Counted from the stretch's first letter, positions 40,238-54,309 are shown. The stretch is 64,000 nt of DNA from Bugula neritina (GCA_964035545.1 OZ037767.1:31760628-31824627), one strand, 5' to 3'. The notes: generated by a model from the letters alone, not told the origin. Made by a program: numbers and translations.

Positions 40238-43200
40238 ATGAGTGGAGACTGGCGACATCGACATGACCTTGCAGACGAATTCTTGGAGAAGTCTCTACCA
40301 AGATTGCTTAAACTGGTATTTGCATCATACAAGGATAGAGAGAGGTGAATAGCAATACTAATAATAATACAGTATAAATTTATATATTTCACTCAGTTAG
40401 TGTTACTGCATGCCGAACTAGTATATACTTATAGGATGATGTTAACATTTAATTGCCCTGTAAAGAATAAGGTTGTCATTTATATTATCTTTTGCTTTAT
40501 GTTAAATGTAAGGTCATTTCTTGTTCAGAGATTTGAATCACACGATTCTCCATTATAATTTATCATTCTGATGCGGACAGCAAAGCAGTTACATTTTTCT
40601 AAATGCTTGTATATTAAAGGGATAAGCTGTGAAAAAATAGTTGCCGGTTCTAGTAAGTAGTTACATTAATATAAAAATAGAAGACCTTAGCATGTGTGCC
40701 ACTCTACACTTTATAGTCGGGTAGTAGAATTTGTACAGCCTGAAGATTTACAGAATAAACTAAGGCTAGAATTGACAGACGAACCAATGAGCAATGAGAT
40801 GCTGGAAGAAAAACTTGCAGAAGTCATTAAATATTCAGTAAAGACGGGTAAGTATCTATTCTAAAATATTCTACTTGTAAGTATCTATTCTAGAATATTC
40901 TACTTGTAAGTATCTATTCTAGAATATTCTACTTGTAAGTATCTATTCTAGAATATTCTACTTGTAAGTATCTATTCTAGAATATTCTACTTGTAAGTAT
41001 CTATTCTAGAATATTCTACTTGTAACTATCTATTCTAGAATATTTTACTTGTAAGTATTTATTCTAGAATATTCTACTTGTAAGTATCTATTCTAGAATA
41101 TTCTACTTGTAAGTATCTATTCTAGAATATTCTACTTGTAACTATCTATTCTAGAATATTTTACTTGTAAGTATTTATTCTAGAATATTCTACTTGTAAG
41201 TATCTATTCTAGAATATTCTACAGTTTGTAAGTATCTATTCTAGAATATTCTACTTGTAAGTATCTAATCTAGAATATTCTACTTGTAAGTATCTACTCT
41301 AGAATATTTTACTTGTAAGTATCTATTCTAGAATATTCTACTTGTAAGTATCTATTCTAGAATATTCTACTTGTATGTATCTATTCTAGAATATCTTACT
41401 TGTCTTCTATCAACCAAAAGTCATGTGACATTTTGCTAGACAGTTCAAATCAGTACCAACAATTACATAAACCAATATCACTGTCGTGGCTCCTTTTGCC
41501 AGGTCACCCGTACTTCTTTAACCAACTGTTTGGTGGCGTAGACCAGATGGCTCTGAGTGGAGCCATGCTGACAGAGGCTCTCAACTCATCTTGGTGGGTG
41601 GTCTTAGCTGCTGCTTATATTAGTCTTTTTACAGTCATTGTATATTAATAAATGTTGTGTAGGGCTTTATTTATTACACCCACACATAAGTATAACATTT
41701 ATATCGCATTATATCTTATTTTAAATGATCCTGTATTATATTATACAGCATAGTGTAATATGTTACATTATACTGTATTAAGTAATAAAATGGAAGATAT
41801 TACAATATAATGTATTGCATAACAGTATAGTTATGATACGTTATGTCATATATTATAGTTACACTTATGAAGTTGCACCTGTTGGAACTCTCATGGAAAG
41901 AGAAATTATTCAAAAGATGGTGAAAAAGTACATTGAGTTTCCAGAGGTGAGTGATGTTCAACTCTGATGTCTAGAGTGATTGATTATATATTGATCACAA
42001 TGATAATATTGACTATATTATATTGATTATAAATTGGTTATATTGATGATTTATTGATCCCAATTATTATATTGATTATATATTGATTATAAATAGGGTA
42101 TATTGGTTATATTGATGATATATTGATCATATTGATGATATAAGAGAAGTTGTCATGGAAATTAATAAGTTTGTGTTGACGAAATTCCAGGGTGACGGAG
42201 TTTTCTGCCCAGGTGGGTCGGCTGCCAACATGTATGGACTGAGTTTAGCCAGGTTCTATAAGTTCCCAGAGAGCAAGTCTAAGGGGATGCAATGTCTACC
42301 ACCCGTCCACATCTACACTTCAGATTTGGTAATTAGTAGTTTCTATACTATATACAGTGTGACTATACAGTGTGACTATACAGTGTGACTATACAGTGTG
42401 ACTATACAGTGTGACTATACAGTGTGACTATACAGTGTGACTATACAGTGTGACTATACAGTGTGACTGACTATACAGTGTGACTATACAGTGTGACTAT
42501 ACAGTGTGACTATACAGTGTGACTATACAGTGTGACTGACTATACAGTGTGACTGACTATACAGTGTGACTATACTGTGTGACTGACTATACAGTGTGAC
42601 TATACAGTGTGACTGTCACACCTCATGTTGTAGAGTCACTACTCGTTAAAGAAGGCTGGATTCTTCCTCGGTTTTGGACTGGATAGTATAGTTGTGGTTC
42701 CTACAGATGCCACTGGTGCTATGGTAGTGGAGGAGCTAGACCGAGCCATCCAGAAGTCCAAGGAACAGGTGAGTGTCACACTTACCAAAGTCTTGTTTTA
42801 GTATCTCTATAACGTATGCTGTATGTGCTGTGTAGTAACTAACGTATAATGTGTAGTAACTCATGTATACTGTGTAGTAACTCATGTATACTCTGTAGTA
42901 ACTAATGTATACTGTGTAGTAACTAATGTATACTGTGTAGTAACTAATGTATACTGTGTAGTAACTAACGTATACTGTGTAGTAACTAATGTATACTGTG
43001 TAGTGACTAATGTATACTGTGTAGTGACTAATGTATACTGTGTAGTAATTCACGTTTACTGTGTAGTAACTCATGTATGCTCTGTAGTAACTCATGTATA
43101 CTGTGTAGTAACTAATGTTTACTGTACTGTGTAGTAACTAATATGTAGTAAATATCAAAAGGTTGGGGAGAAAACTCCTGTCCACTGCTGTGTACATATG

Positions 43201-44816
43201 ACAGTGTAATAACAGAGGTGTCTGCTCTTAGGGTATCGTACCTCTAATGGTAAATGCCACAGCTGGCACTACGGTGATGGGAGCATATGATAGGATAGAT
43301 AGTATAGCAGAGGTGTGCCGGAAACATGGAGGTGATGACGCTGCCTCTCATATCTGGTTACACGTAGATGCTGCCTGGGGTGGATCAGTACTTCTATCTG
43401 ATAAACACAGGTAGTAGTAGTAGTTATCTTCTCTCTGCTAAACACACATAGTAGTAGTTATCTTCTCTCTGCTAAACACGCGTAGTAGTTATATTCTCTC
43501 TGCAAAATGCATGTAGTAGTAATTATCTTCTCTCTGCTAAACACAGGCGGTAGCAGTTATCTTCTCTCTGCTAAACACATGAATATACTCTATGAATATT
43601 AATACTATCTGACAGGCACAAGATGAAAGGTATCCACCTGGTAGATTCACTGACGTGGGACCCTCATAAGATGACTGGTGCCATCTTACAGTGTGCTCTT
43701 ATCATTACTAGACACGTGAGTATCGGGACTTAATAATCTATCTATTCTATAGTAACCCAAGTGTGCTCTAACTTTATTCTATAACCTATATAGAAATATA
43801 GTTAGCAAAGATCTAGGCTTGTTCTAATTAAATTCAAAGGTTTGTTTACAGCCCGGCCTTCTTGCCCAAGCACACTGTGCCAACGCCAGGTACCTGTTTC
43901 AACAAGACAAGGCGTACGACGTCTCTTACGACACCGGAGACAAATCCGTCCAGTGTGGGAGAAAAATTGACTCCATCAAATTCTGGGTATGTTTCCTACG
44001 GGCTTACTTTCATTACAGAAGCTCTAATGTCCTGACTGTTTCATAATAGCTAACCAGTCTGCTATGTATCCCAAGAGCTTCTGCACAGTGGAAGAGTTTC
44101 TGTAAATATTCTCAGGTTTTGTGGAAAGCATACGGCAGCATTGGAATGGCGCAGCGAGTTGACAGCTGTTTTGAGAATGCTCTTTATCTGCGCGACAGAA
44201 TCCGCGAGACTCCCGGATTCCGTCTTCTTATCGAGGAGCCAGAATGCACCAACATCTGTTTCTGGTACATTCCGAAAAGTTTGAGAGGACAAACAGAAGA
44301 TGACGAATGGTGGGGAAAATTGTCGAAAGTGAGTCAATAGAGAAACGCCCATTCTACCTTGTCATATCTATATTATGTTGTACCACTTTGTTACTATACT
44401 TATATCCCCACACCTTCAGACAATGTAATATAATATTTTTGTAGCATATAACTACATACAATACTTTCTCTGCACATTACACTTGTTCAAAACATTTGCC
44501 TATATAGACATTAGGACTTAGAGTAATATTTGTTCTGTATATTGCACTTGCACAGCATGTTGCTGTGGATTACACCTTGTGTAGCCTACAGGTAGCAATA
44601 CATGCACATCTACAGATCATGTTATTGTTGCTGCAGGTTGCACCTGCTATAAAAGCTCACATGCAGGAGAAAGGAAGTATGTTGGTTGGCTATCAGCCAC
44701 AAGGGAACTTCGTGAACTTCTTTAGAATGGTTGTGGCTAACTCGAGCAGCACGAAGCAAGACATGGACTATGTGATAGAGACAGTGTCTTCGTACGGCGA
44801 AATGTTCTTCAAGTAA
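40238..44816 (+). CDS. CSAD: Group-II PLP decarboxylase, cysteine sulfinic acid decarboxylase type (CSAD/GADL1 family)
   Basis: Motifs [115 protein letters not shown]. The spliced sequence gives F-x19-S-x-Y as in CSAD, not the S-x19-N-x-F of GAD. Confidence 0.88.
40848..41395 (+). repeat. 29-bp intronic minisatellite beginning at and repeating the donor GTAAGT
   Basis: Unit GTAAGTATCTATTCTAGAATATTCTACTT. Confidence 0.95.
42348..42614. repeat. 13-bp intronic minisatellite
   Basis: Unit GACTATACAGTGT. Confidence 0.93.
42828..43140. repeat. 21-bp intronic minisatellite
   Basis: Unit TGTGTAGTAACTAATGTATAC. Confidence 0.92.
43411..43580 (+). repeat. About 31-35-bp degenerate intronic repeat copying the exon end plus donor region
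   Basis: The exon ends CTTCTATCTGATAAACACAG|GTAGTAG; repeats read CTTCTCTCTGCTAAACAC..GTAGTAG. Confidence 0.8.
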
Positions 44817-45458
44817 CAGCGACTCTTCTGTTAGACTTGTTTCTATTCAGTTGTGTAGGCATGCAGCATGGCCATTTAGAAAGCTGTCAATATTTGTTTG
44901 TAATCTGTTGAAGCCAGTACTCTAAGAGTCATCTCTGAGAACACTATGTTGGCTAGATGAGACAATACCTGTTATTAAAGTTTTGATAAGCAATAAATTA
45001 TAAATATAAATGACGCAACAATTTTGTTAATTTTTTTGCATAAATTTGATGCAACTTGACCTAAGTGAGTTGGATTTTACTGACTGGAGTTGAAATACAC
45101 ATGATACAGTAAGGATATGAAAGAACTTGAACAACTGTAACAGTGGATATAATATTACATAGCCTTGTTTTGGTGTACTTTAACATGAATATATTATTAA
45201 CATGATGTGTATAAAATATAATGCATAGACGAGGTATAAAGTTGAAAAATCTGCAATGATTAGTAAAATATGTTGCCATACAGATCAGAAATCTTAGCGA
45301 GCATAGTTGTATATATGAACTGAAAATATTAGCTCTTCCATCTCACATAACTAAAACTAGAATACAAATATAGAAAAATGGATGAGTAAAACCCACTTTT
45401 GTAGTGGGAAGCACACAGGCGCCTCTTACAATGTACCCGAACTTGTGTAGTACAGAGT

Positions 45459-47056
45459 CTAAGAAGTTTGGGAAACCGATTGAACAAAACTGATTCTCTC
45501 TGTGAAAGTGTCGGTCTCAGCAGATCGGTTGTATGGAGTCCAGACGGGTTCTCCAACAAACAGACGGTTGGCCTTGATGTAGTTGTCCTCGTCAGTGGTG
45601 AATCTGTGATATATTCCTGCAGGGAGGACTATCAAGTCATTCTTTACTAGCTTGATACGGATCCACTTGTTCTCCATCTAAAAGATAGTTACTAGTGAGA
45701 GTGAGATAGTTACTAGTGAGAGTGAGATAGTTACTAGTGAGAGTAAGATAGTTACTAGTGAGATAGTTACTAGTGAGAGTGAGATAGTTACTAGTGAGAG
45801 TGAGATAGTTACTAGTGAGAGTGGGATAGTTACTAGTGAGATAGTTACTAGTGAGAGTGAGATAGTTACTAGTGAGAGTGAGATAGTTACTAGTGAGAGT
45901 GAGATAGTTACTAGTGAGAGTGAGATAGTTACTAGTGAGAGTGAGATAGTTACTAGTGAGAGTGAGTTAGTTACTAGTGAGATAGTTACTAGTGAGAGTG
46001 AGATAGTTACTAATGAGAGTGGGATAGTTACTAGTGAGAGTGAGATAGTTACTAGTGAAATTGTATAATATTGCTACTCACGTCTCTCACATCAAAGTAG
46101 CCACACCCGTCTAGAATGAGCCGAATCTCCTCATCCTTGTGCAGATGCTCGCTGAAGAATGACTTGATCTTCTCCTCATAGCCCGGTAACTTGTCTGGAC
46201 TCACAGTGATGGTGTCCTCGTAGCTGTACCCCCTCTCCGTCTTTATTTGCTGAAGCTGAGACGATTCCTTTCTAAAGTGTTATACAAGATTTCGAAAATG
46301 AGTAAAGAATATTGTGCGACATTAGAGCAAGGTGTGTGACATTACAGCTAAGTGTGTGACACAATAGCAAGGTGTGTGACACTACAGTTGAGTATATTGG
46401 TAGAGGTCATTGCAAGGTACTATGGGTAAATGTAACTCGAGTAGCTACATTATGCATGAGGTTACATTATAAGGTTACATTTAAAGGTCACAATTTCTGG
46501 CAGTCAACTTATTGCACAATACCAAACAGCACTGTATCTACCTCTTGTTAATACATATTGTATTCTATGTTTATATAGTATATACATGTATTTCCTATTT
46601 TGGAATGCTCAATTAATAACATACTTGCATGTTGATTGTATACCGAACTAGTTTTCTAATGCAAGTTTTGCCAAGTACATCTTATACAATATAATAACCG
46701 GGTAAGTACTTATGCAATTAGACTTTCTCAGTAGCAAAATAAGAACTACTATTCTGTTCTATAAGCGTACTGCTATAGCTATACATATATTGCTAAATAC
46801 ATATACCCTGCTACATATATAGATACATATAGTCATATACCGCAACAAAAGTCTACATGTAACAGTAGCAGTTGGTAGATTATTAGTGCTAGTTGTAGCT
46901 TTCTTACTTGTATTCCCCTTCACTATCAATCTCAATGTTATAGTAGATAATGCCAAGCTGCTCCAGAGCTGCCAGGGATACCGGCTGTGGCGGATCCAGC
47001 TGATGGGGCAGTCGCTGATCCTCATCGCTGCTGTCCATGTACCAAGCTTGAACCAT
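45459..47056 (-). CDS. ADI1: Acireductone dioxygenase (methionine salvage pathway), 3 coding exons
   Basis: [14 protein letters not shown] (47056-46908); [37 protein letters not shown] (about 46271-46082); [33 protein letters not shown] (45677-45459). Confidence 0.96.
45683..46058. repeat. 21-bp intronic minisatellite
   Basis: Unit AGATAGTTACTAGTGAGAGTG. Confidence 0.94.
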
Positions 47057-49009
47057 TGTGCCTTTTTAGTTATATAACTATATTAATATATACAGACATA
47101 CTGCTGCATATCATTACTAATAGTAATTACAATAATTCAATATATAACCCTAATTTTTCATTAGTATTACTAAGTCTAAGACTAATGTAAGTGTAACTGT
47201 AAGCTGTAATTACTAATTATTAATATAAGCAAAACTGGGGACCATCACATTCACAATGACTCACTCTCAGGCTGACAGTTTAGATTTTCAACTTCTTTTA
47301 GGTACAGAACTGCACAAAGTCAAACAAATTACAAACAATCACAATGCTAACACTAACAGCATGAGTAACTTTTCTAGACCAGTAACTACCACTAGCTTCC
47401 AGTTCTACAATAACTCATTGATGAGACTGGCGGATATCATTATCATTATGATTATCAATATCATTATCATTATGGCTTTATGTGATATTAATAATGATAT
47501 TCCTATACTTATAGTGATAGTCCGAGCCATATTGATGTACTTATAGTTATTGTTAAACTTGATGCTATAGTCATACTTGACTTATACTTATAGTCATAGT
47601 GATACTGATAGCCACTGTCATAGTGATAGTGATATACTCATACTGATACTCATAATGACTACGAAGACTTAAGAGTAAGTCTAACGCTAATACTAATAAT
47701 AATATTATCGCAATCATATGCAATGACTATGGTGAAAACTTATTTGTAGAATTAAAAATCTTTATAATTATTTCAACACCACGTTGGTGATAGGTATTTT
47801 GATATGCTGTGCCAATGAATTGGAAAATAACCATTGCGCCATAATGGGTTGGACCGTTCTAGACTTTCGAGTAACATATGGATTTGTCGATGTAAATAGG
47901 AAATACATTAATGAACTAAGAAACATTTAGCTTTACAGTTAGGGTACACAACTCTAGAAAATCATTGACCCCAATATTATTTTCTTGTGGGTCAACATGA
48001 ATTTGTCCTGCAGTTCATGGTCATTAATTAGAACATTACTTAATAATTTATGTGGATTTACTTTTATTCTATGTTTTAATAGCATTATCACACAACATTA
48101 TTTTATGTGGTTTTGATAATGTAGTTTTGCTTTAAATGAAATTAACTTGCAATCAGTGAATCACTCATCTACATCTAGTTCTAGTATCAGTATGAGTATG
48201 AGTATCACTGTAATTAGAATTAGCTTAGCCTTATAGTTATACTTATAGTTATATTTAATTTTCTAAGTATAACTTAAACTATCTTATTTAGTTATTATTC
48301 TTAACAATAAGTATAACAGTAGCTGTAAGTCAAAGTGCAACAGTGCCTTAAGTTGAAGGCAAAGCTTCAAGTTCAAGTCTAAAACTTAAACTGAAGGCGA
48401 AAGTAAATAGGAAAAATAAAATACTATTGCATTGGTATTACTAACACTAATAGTAATACTTATAGTAATACTAATACTACTAGCATTAGTCTAATACAAT
48501 ACTAATATTAATAGTATTAGTAATAATAACACTAGTAGTAATACTAATACTAATGGATTAATTCACAGTAATAGTATTACTATTAGTATTAGTAATTAGT
48601 ATAAGTATCAGTAATACTTGTTGTTAAGAAAATTGAATGCACAATAATAAATGAGATTGTCAAGTTTGGTTTTTTGAGACTCAACATATTGGTTGAGAAT
48701 TGCCATTCTGGACTTCCTTTTTTTACTTTAGTTGTCACCATCACAAGGGATATAGTCATCACTCAATTACAGTAACAGTCTTACAGAGTTTTAACGTGTT
48801 CAGTGCTCTTGCATGTCACAAATCACCTGTTATTACTTGTCCACGTGTCATATTATTTCGTGTCAGATATCTTTGCTTGTCAATGTCTCATTATTATTTC
48901 GTGTCACATGTCTTTGCTTGTTACAAGGCTAAAGATTTGCACTCATTGGTTCTGTTTTTCAGAAATGAATTTAGGAGTGGAGGTAAGCGAATGTATCTGA
49001 GAAGAGCCA

Positions 49010-52000
49010 TGCGACCTTTGTTTGACCTCCAGTTTGTGACTTTATTTCTCCTGTGTGGTGCCTTCCTTGCCTTTGCCTCTACTGGTTGGTTGCTCATCTA
49101 CTTCTCACTGAGCACGTGCTGTTATGGTTTACATTGTGCCATGTATTGCTACATAAGTGGCATACACCTCACTCGCTTTCTTTATAGGAGACTGTCCCAG
49201 TGGCTTAGGCAACAATGTTGAGATACACAACTGCATTTGCTACGCAATTGACAACTCAAAGTCCTTTTGGAATAAAGATAAATGCAAGGACAAAGGTGGA
49301 ATGCTAGGTAAGTGAAATATATTATTACATATTCCTTTTCATGTTGCAAACTGCAGTTTTACAGTCACACTCCTCCATGCAATGTATTACACAATATGTA
49401 ACTGTATAATTTATATACATATGTACATGTATGCATATTGATGAAAAGCAATAAATAAAGCCCAGTAATTTGGCTGAATAGCTTTTAAATTATGAAGTTA
49501 TGTTGGTGGCATTTAGCTTCAAGTGCTCTTGCTTTACTACTTTACATATACTGATATATTACTTTATATATTACTCTATATATATTACTTTATATATTAC
49601 TCTATATATTACTCTATATATTACTCTATATATTACTCTATATATTACTTTATATATTACACTATATATTACTCTACATATTACTCTACATATTACTCTA
49701 TATATTACTCTATATATTACTCTATATTACTCTATATATTACTCTATATATTACTCTATGTTACTCTACATATTACTCTATATGTCATATTGTTAGCCCA
49801 GTTCACCGACAGAGAGACAAACCAACACCTGAAGGAGAAGCTGAGAGAGTGGTATCCGAACGCCAACTTTGGTGTCTGGATCGGAGCCAAGAGGAGTGAC
49901 AGAGACGCGCCGTTTAAATGGACTGATGGTAAGCTGACAACTAAGACATGGGAAACATATTTCTAGAGTTGAAGCTGTTTAGTTTAGCAGACATGATGGT
50001 ATTGAGATATTAGTGTTTACTCTATCTCAATGAAGGCAGCCCAGTTTCCTATGCTAACTGGGCAGATGGGGAGCCAGATCACCTGTTCAATAAAATAGAG
50101 CAGAACTGTGTCTACATGAAGAGAATGGCTAATTGGAGATGGTCCTCTTTGCAGTGCGGGCCTGGACTATTGGTCCCGGTTTTACCTTCTCTCTGTCAAT
50201 ATAGTAAGTATATTCTACTCTCTCTCTCTGTCAATACAGTAAGTATACTCCACTCTCCCCCCTCTCCCTCTCTCTCTCTCTCTTTCTCTCTCTCCCCTTC
50301 AATGCTCTAAGTAGTATGTTACACACTGATACCCACAGAGTCTAGAGTCTTGAATGTCTTTTTTGTTGCAGAAGCTGCAAACTGCACGGTGACTGCATAG
50401 AATAAGAATCTTCAGTCTACTGTCTGTGAGTACTACTCTTACTTCTCACAGTACTATACTATCAGTATACTATCACTATATTATACTGTATACTATCACT
50501 ATACTATACTGTATACTATCACTATACTATACTGTATACTATCACTATATTATACTGTATACTATCACTATACTATCACTATATTATACTGTATACTATC
50601 ACTATATTATACTGTATACTATCACTATATTATACTGTATACTATCACTATATTATACTGTATACTATCACTATACTATACTGTATACTATCACTATACT
50701 ATACTGTATACTATCACTATATTATACTGTATACTATCACTATACTATACTGTATACTATCACTATACTATACTGTATACTATCACTATATTATACTGTA
50801 TACTATCACTATACTATCACTATATTATACTGTATACTATCACTATATTATACTGTATACTATCACTATATTATACTGTATACTATCACTATATTATACT
50901 GTATACTATCACTATATTATACTGTATACTATCACTATACTATACTGTATACTATCACTATATTATACTGTATTCTAATGTATTCTACATGTATATTATA
51001 CTGTATTGTAGTATTTGCCATCATTGCCGGCTCAGTTGTTGGAGGGATACTGATTTGTGCTGCTCTCTTCTGCGTCATCATTCGCTGCCGGAAGTGAGTC
51101 TATGTTCTATACTTTATATTCTATACTCAATAGTCTATACTCTACGTTCTATACTCTATATGCCATGTTATATACTCTATATTCTATAGTCTATACTTTA
51201 TAATCTATACTCCCTGCTGTGTACTCTAGAGGCTGGCAGAGGTTACGGAAGAGACGGAGTCGCAGGAAGTCTGTCCGCTACTACACCAGCTACTCTCATC
51301 CGCAGACAAACAGACAGGTGCGTGGAAATGAGCCGGCGTTTGTGGAGATTGGAGAGAACACTCTGGGAGAGAATAACTTGAATGAGCAGCTGGTAGAGAC
51401 GGGTGTGGCCGGATCATCCGGGGCTGTGGGTGACGCAGACGATGACAGTGTACTGGAAGTTAAGGGTGAGCAATAGTTCGTAGCATAATATACCTTGATA
51501 CTTGTTATACAACTAGTATGTCACATGACTATGCAACTAGTGTGTCACATGACTATACAACTAATGTGTCACATGACTATACAACTAGTATGTCACATGA
51601 CTATACAAGTAGTACGTCACATGACTGTACAACTAGTATGTCACATGACTATACAACTAGTATGTCACATAACTATACAACTAGTATGTCACATGACTAT
51701 ACAACTAGTATGTCACATGACTATACAACTAGTATGTCACATAACTATACAACTAGTATGTCACATGACTATACAACTAGTACGTCACATAACTATGCAA
51801 CTAGTATGTCACATAACTATACAACTAGTACGTCACATGACTATACAACTAGTACGTCACATGACTATACAAGTAGTACGTGACCTAACTATGCAACTAG
51901 TATGTCACATAACTATACAACTAGTACGTCACCTAACTATGCAACTAGTATGTCACATGACTATGCAACTAGTATGTCACATGACTATACAACTAGTATG

Positions 52001-52422
52001 TCACATGACTATACAGCTAGTATGTCACATGACTATACAACTAGTATGTCACATGATCTGTAGGTCTCTCGCTGCCGACAGCTGACAGTATTGCTGCCGA
52101 AGTGGAGGCCAGAAAGAAGCTGGTAGTAGACATGTCCACAGGTCAGCCTACTATCAAGAGATCCAATGTTCCTCTACCCTCCACTGTGTCTGCTGCACAC
52201 GATGCTGCCAGCACGAGGAGTCTTTGCTCCTTCGGAATGGACGATAGCGAGAGTCATTCTCACCAAATACCAACTACTGATTCAGCAGGTAACATCTCTG
52301 CCCTGCATAGCCTCCATTCTTCTACATGCGGTTCCGATGGCAACGGGGACGGGTTGTTAGCCAACCTTGACATTACAGACAAACTCCCTCGCCATCCATC
52401 TAAGAAGTTTAATTACAAATAA
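49010..52422 (+). CDS. Type-I transmembrane C-type lectin-domain protein (the stalk exon carries an in-frame TAG)
   Basis: Signal-peptide exon MRPLFDLQFVTLFLLCGAFLAFAST; CTLD CPSG..CY..CKDKGGMLA..VWIGAKR..FKWTDGSPVSYANWADGEPD..QNCVYM..WSSLQC..SLCQY; TM FAIIAGSVVGGILICAALFCVII followed by basic RCRK; Ser-rich cytoplasmic tail ending at 52422. Confidence 0.8.
49540..49782. repeat. 12-bp intronic minisatellite
   Basis: Unit TATATTACTCTA. Confidence 0.9.
50452..50972. repeat. Intronic minisatellite, about 25-bp unit
   Basis: Unit TATACTATCACTATA(T/C)TATACTG. Confidence 0.9.
51507..52056. repeat. 24-bp intronic minisatellite
   Basis: Unit TATACAACTAGTATGTCACATGAC. Confidence 0.94.
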
Positions 52423-52443
52423 ACCCTCTGGTGCTATTCAACC

Positions 52444-52666
52444 AGTGCTATGTGACTCACTGCACAGTGCTATGTGACTCACTACACAGTGCTATGTGAC
52501 TCACTACACAGTGCTATGTGACTCACTGCACAGTGCTATGTGACTCACAGTGCTATGTGACTCACTACACAGTGCTATGTGACTCACAGTGCTATGTGAC
52601 TCACTACACAGTGCTATGTGACTCACTACACAGTGCTATGTGACTCACTACACAGTGCTATGTGAC
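52444..52666. repeat. 22-bp minisatellite just 3' of the lectin stop codon
   Basis: Unit CAGTGCTATGTGACTCACTACA. Confidence 0.92.
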
Positions 52667-52869
52667 ACGGAGTACCGTCACAATACTATTGCTTTATTTT
52701 TGGTGCTTACTTATAGAGTCAGTGAAATGATTTATCTCATGTTCAAACCCTGAGTCAAATTGATAATGAAGGTAATGCTTTTTATATATACTTATCTGTT
52801 GGGCTAGTTATTATAATAGAATTCTTCTTCATTAAATCTTACCTTTGCTACACAGATAACTTCATACCA

Positions 52870-53130
52870 TCTCTTTAATCTACATTACTAGTTACTACCC
52901 CTCTCTAATCTACATTACTAGTTACTACCCCTCTCTAATCTACATTACTAGTTACTACCCCTCTCTAATCTACACCACTAGTTACTACCCCTCTCTAGTC
53001 TACATCACTAGTTGTTACCCCTCTATTGTCTACACTACTAGTTGCTACCCCTCTATAGTCTACACTACTAGTTACTACCTCTCTATAGTCTACACTACTA
53101 GTTACTACCCCTCTATAGTCCACATTACTA
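52870..53130. repeat. 30-bp minisatellite (3'UTR or intergenic)
   Basis: Unit GTTACTACCCCTCTCTAATCTACATTACTA with gradual drift along the array. Confidence 0.92.
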
Positions 53131-53804
53131 TCTGTTATATTGTTTTATAGCTTTTTTGCTAGTTCTATGCTGAGCATTGTATCTTATTTTCCTTAACTAT
53201 TTCTATTCAGAAGTATTGATATGTTTTATACATTTTCTAGCATTTATTGGTCTGCATTTTATTTGCTAAGCTAATTTTATATTCCAGCGTAAAGAAAACC
53301 TACATTTCATGACAACTTCATTAATTGCTACTAGCGGAGTAGTAACAATAGTAGTAGTGGATTATGAAAACAGTGATCCATGTAATTTATGCATTTTTTA
53401 CTTTTATATTTCTTCATATTATCTGCTCTTTTATCTCTATGCAACACTTGCTACGCAATAAAATTTATTCCATGCTGTCTACTCCAAGTAGTATTTTATT
53501 TCAAGCCTTTGTGTAAAAAGAAATTATAAATTATGTTTTTTTTTATAATTAGAAATTAAAGCTAGACGAGGAAGGCTTTTAGTCACAATTTTTTCTACTC
53601 GTCAAAGCAATAAGCTGTTCTAGTTTTTATTATCACCGTTACTACAATTGATGGCATCCTCGAGGGTGAATGACATACAGAGTTATTTTCTCTAGAGCTG
53701 CAGTGCATTGAGCTACTGGGTACTTTAATGCCAGACCTATCTGCATACACCTACCTGCATACACCTACCTGCATAGATATGTCTGTATAGAGTCGACTGA
53801 ACTC

Positions 53805-54309
53805 TCACACAGCTGAAGTGTCACACAGCTAAAGTGTCACACAGCTGAAAAGTCACACAGCTAAAGTGTCACACAGCTGAAGGGTCACACTGCTGAAGTG
53901 TCACACAGCTGAAGTGTCACACTGCTGAAGTGTCACACAGCTGAAGTGTCACACTGCTGGAGCGTCACACAGCTGAAGTGTCATACAGTTGAGGTGTCAC
54001 ACAGCTGAAGTGTTATACAGCTGAAGTGTCACACAGCTGAAGTGTTATACAGCTGAAGTGTCACACAGCTGAAGTGTCACACAGCTGAAGTGTCACACAG
54101 CTGAAGTGTCACACAGCTAAAGTGTCATACAGCTGAAGTGTCACATAGCTAAAGTGTCACATAGCTAAAGTGTCATACAGCTGAAGTGTCACACACAGCT
54201 GAAGTGTCACACACAGCTGAAGTGTCACACACAGCTGAAGTGTCACACAGCTGAAGTGTCACACAGCTGAAGTGTCACACAGCTGAAGTGTCACACAGCT
54301 GAAGTGTCA
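53805..54309. repeat. 16-bp minisatellite
   Basis: Unit TCACACAGCTGAAGTG. Confidence 0.93.

Noticed and set aside
50398-50400. TAG reassignment (alternative genetic code)
   Set aside because: TAG serves as the normal stop of both lyases and ADI1, and I saw no other in-frame TAG in the exons read.
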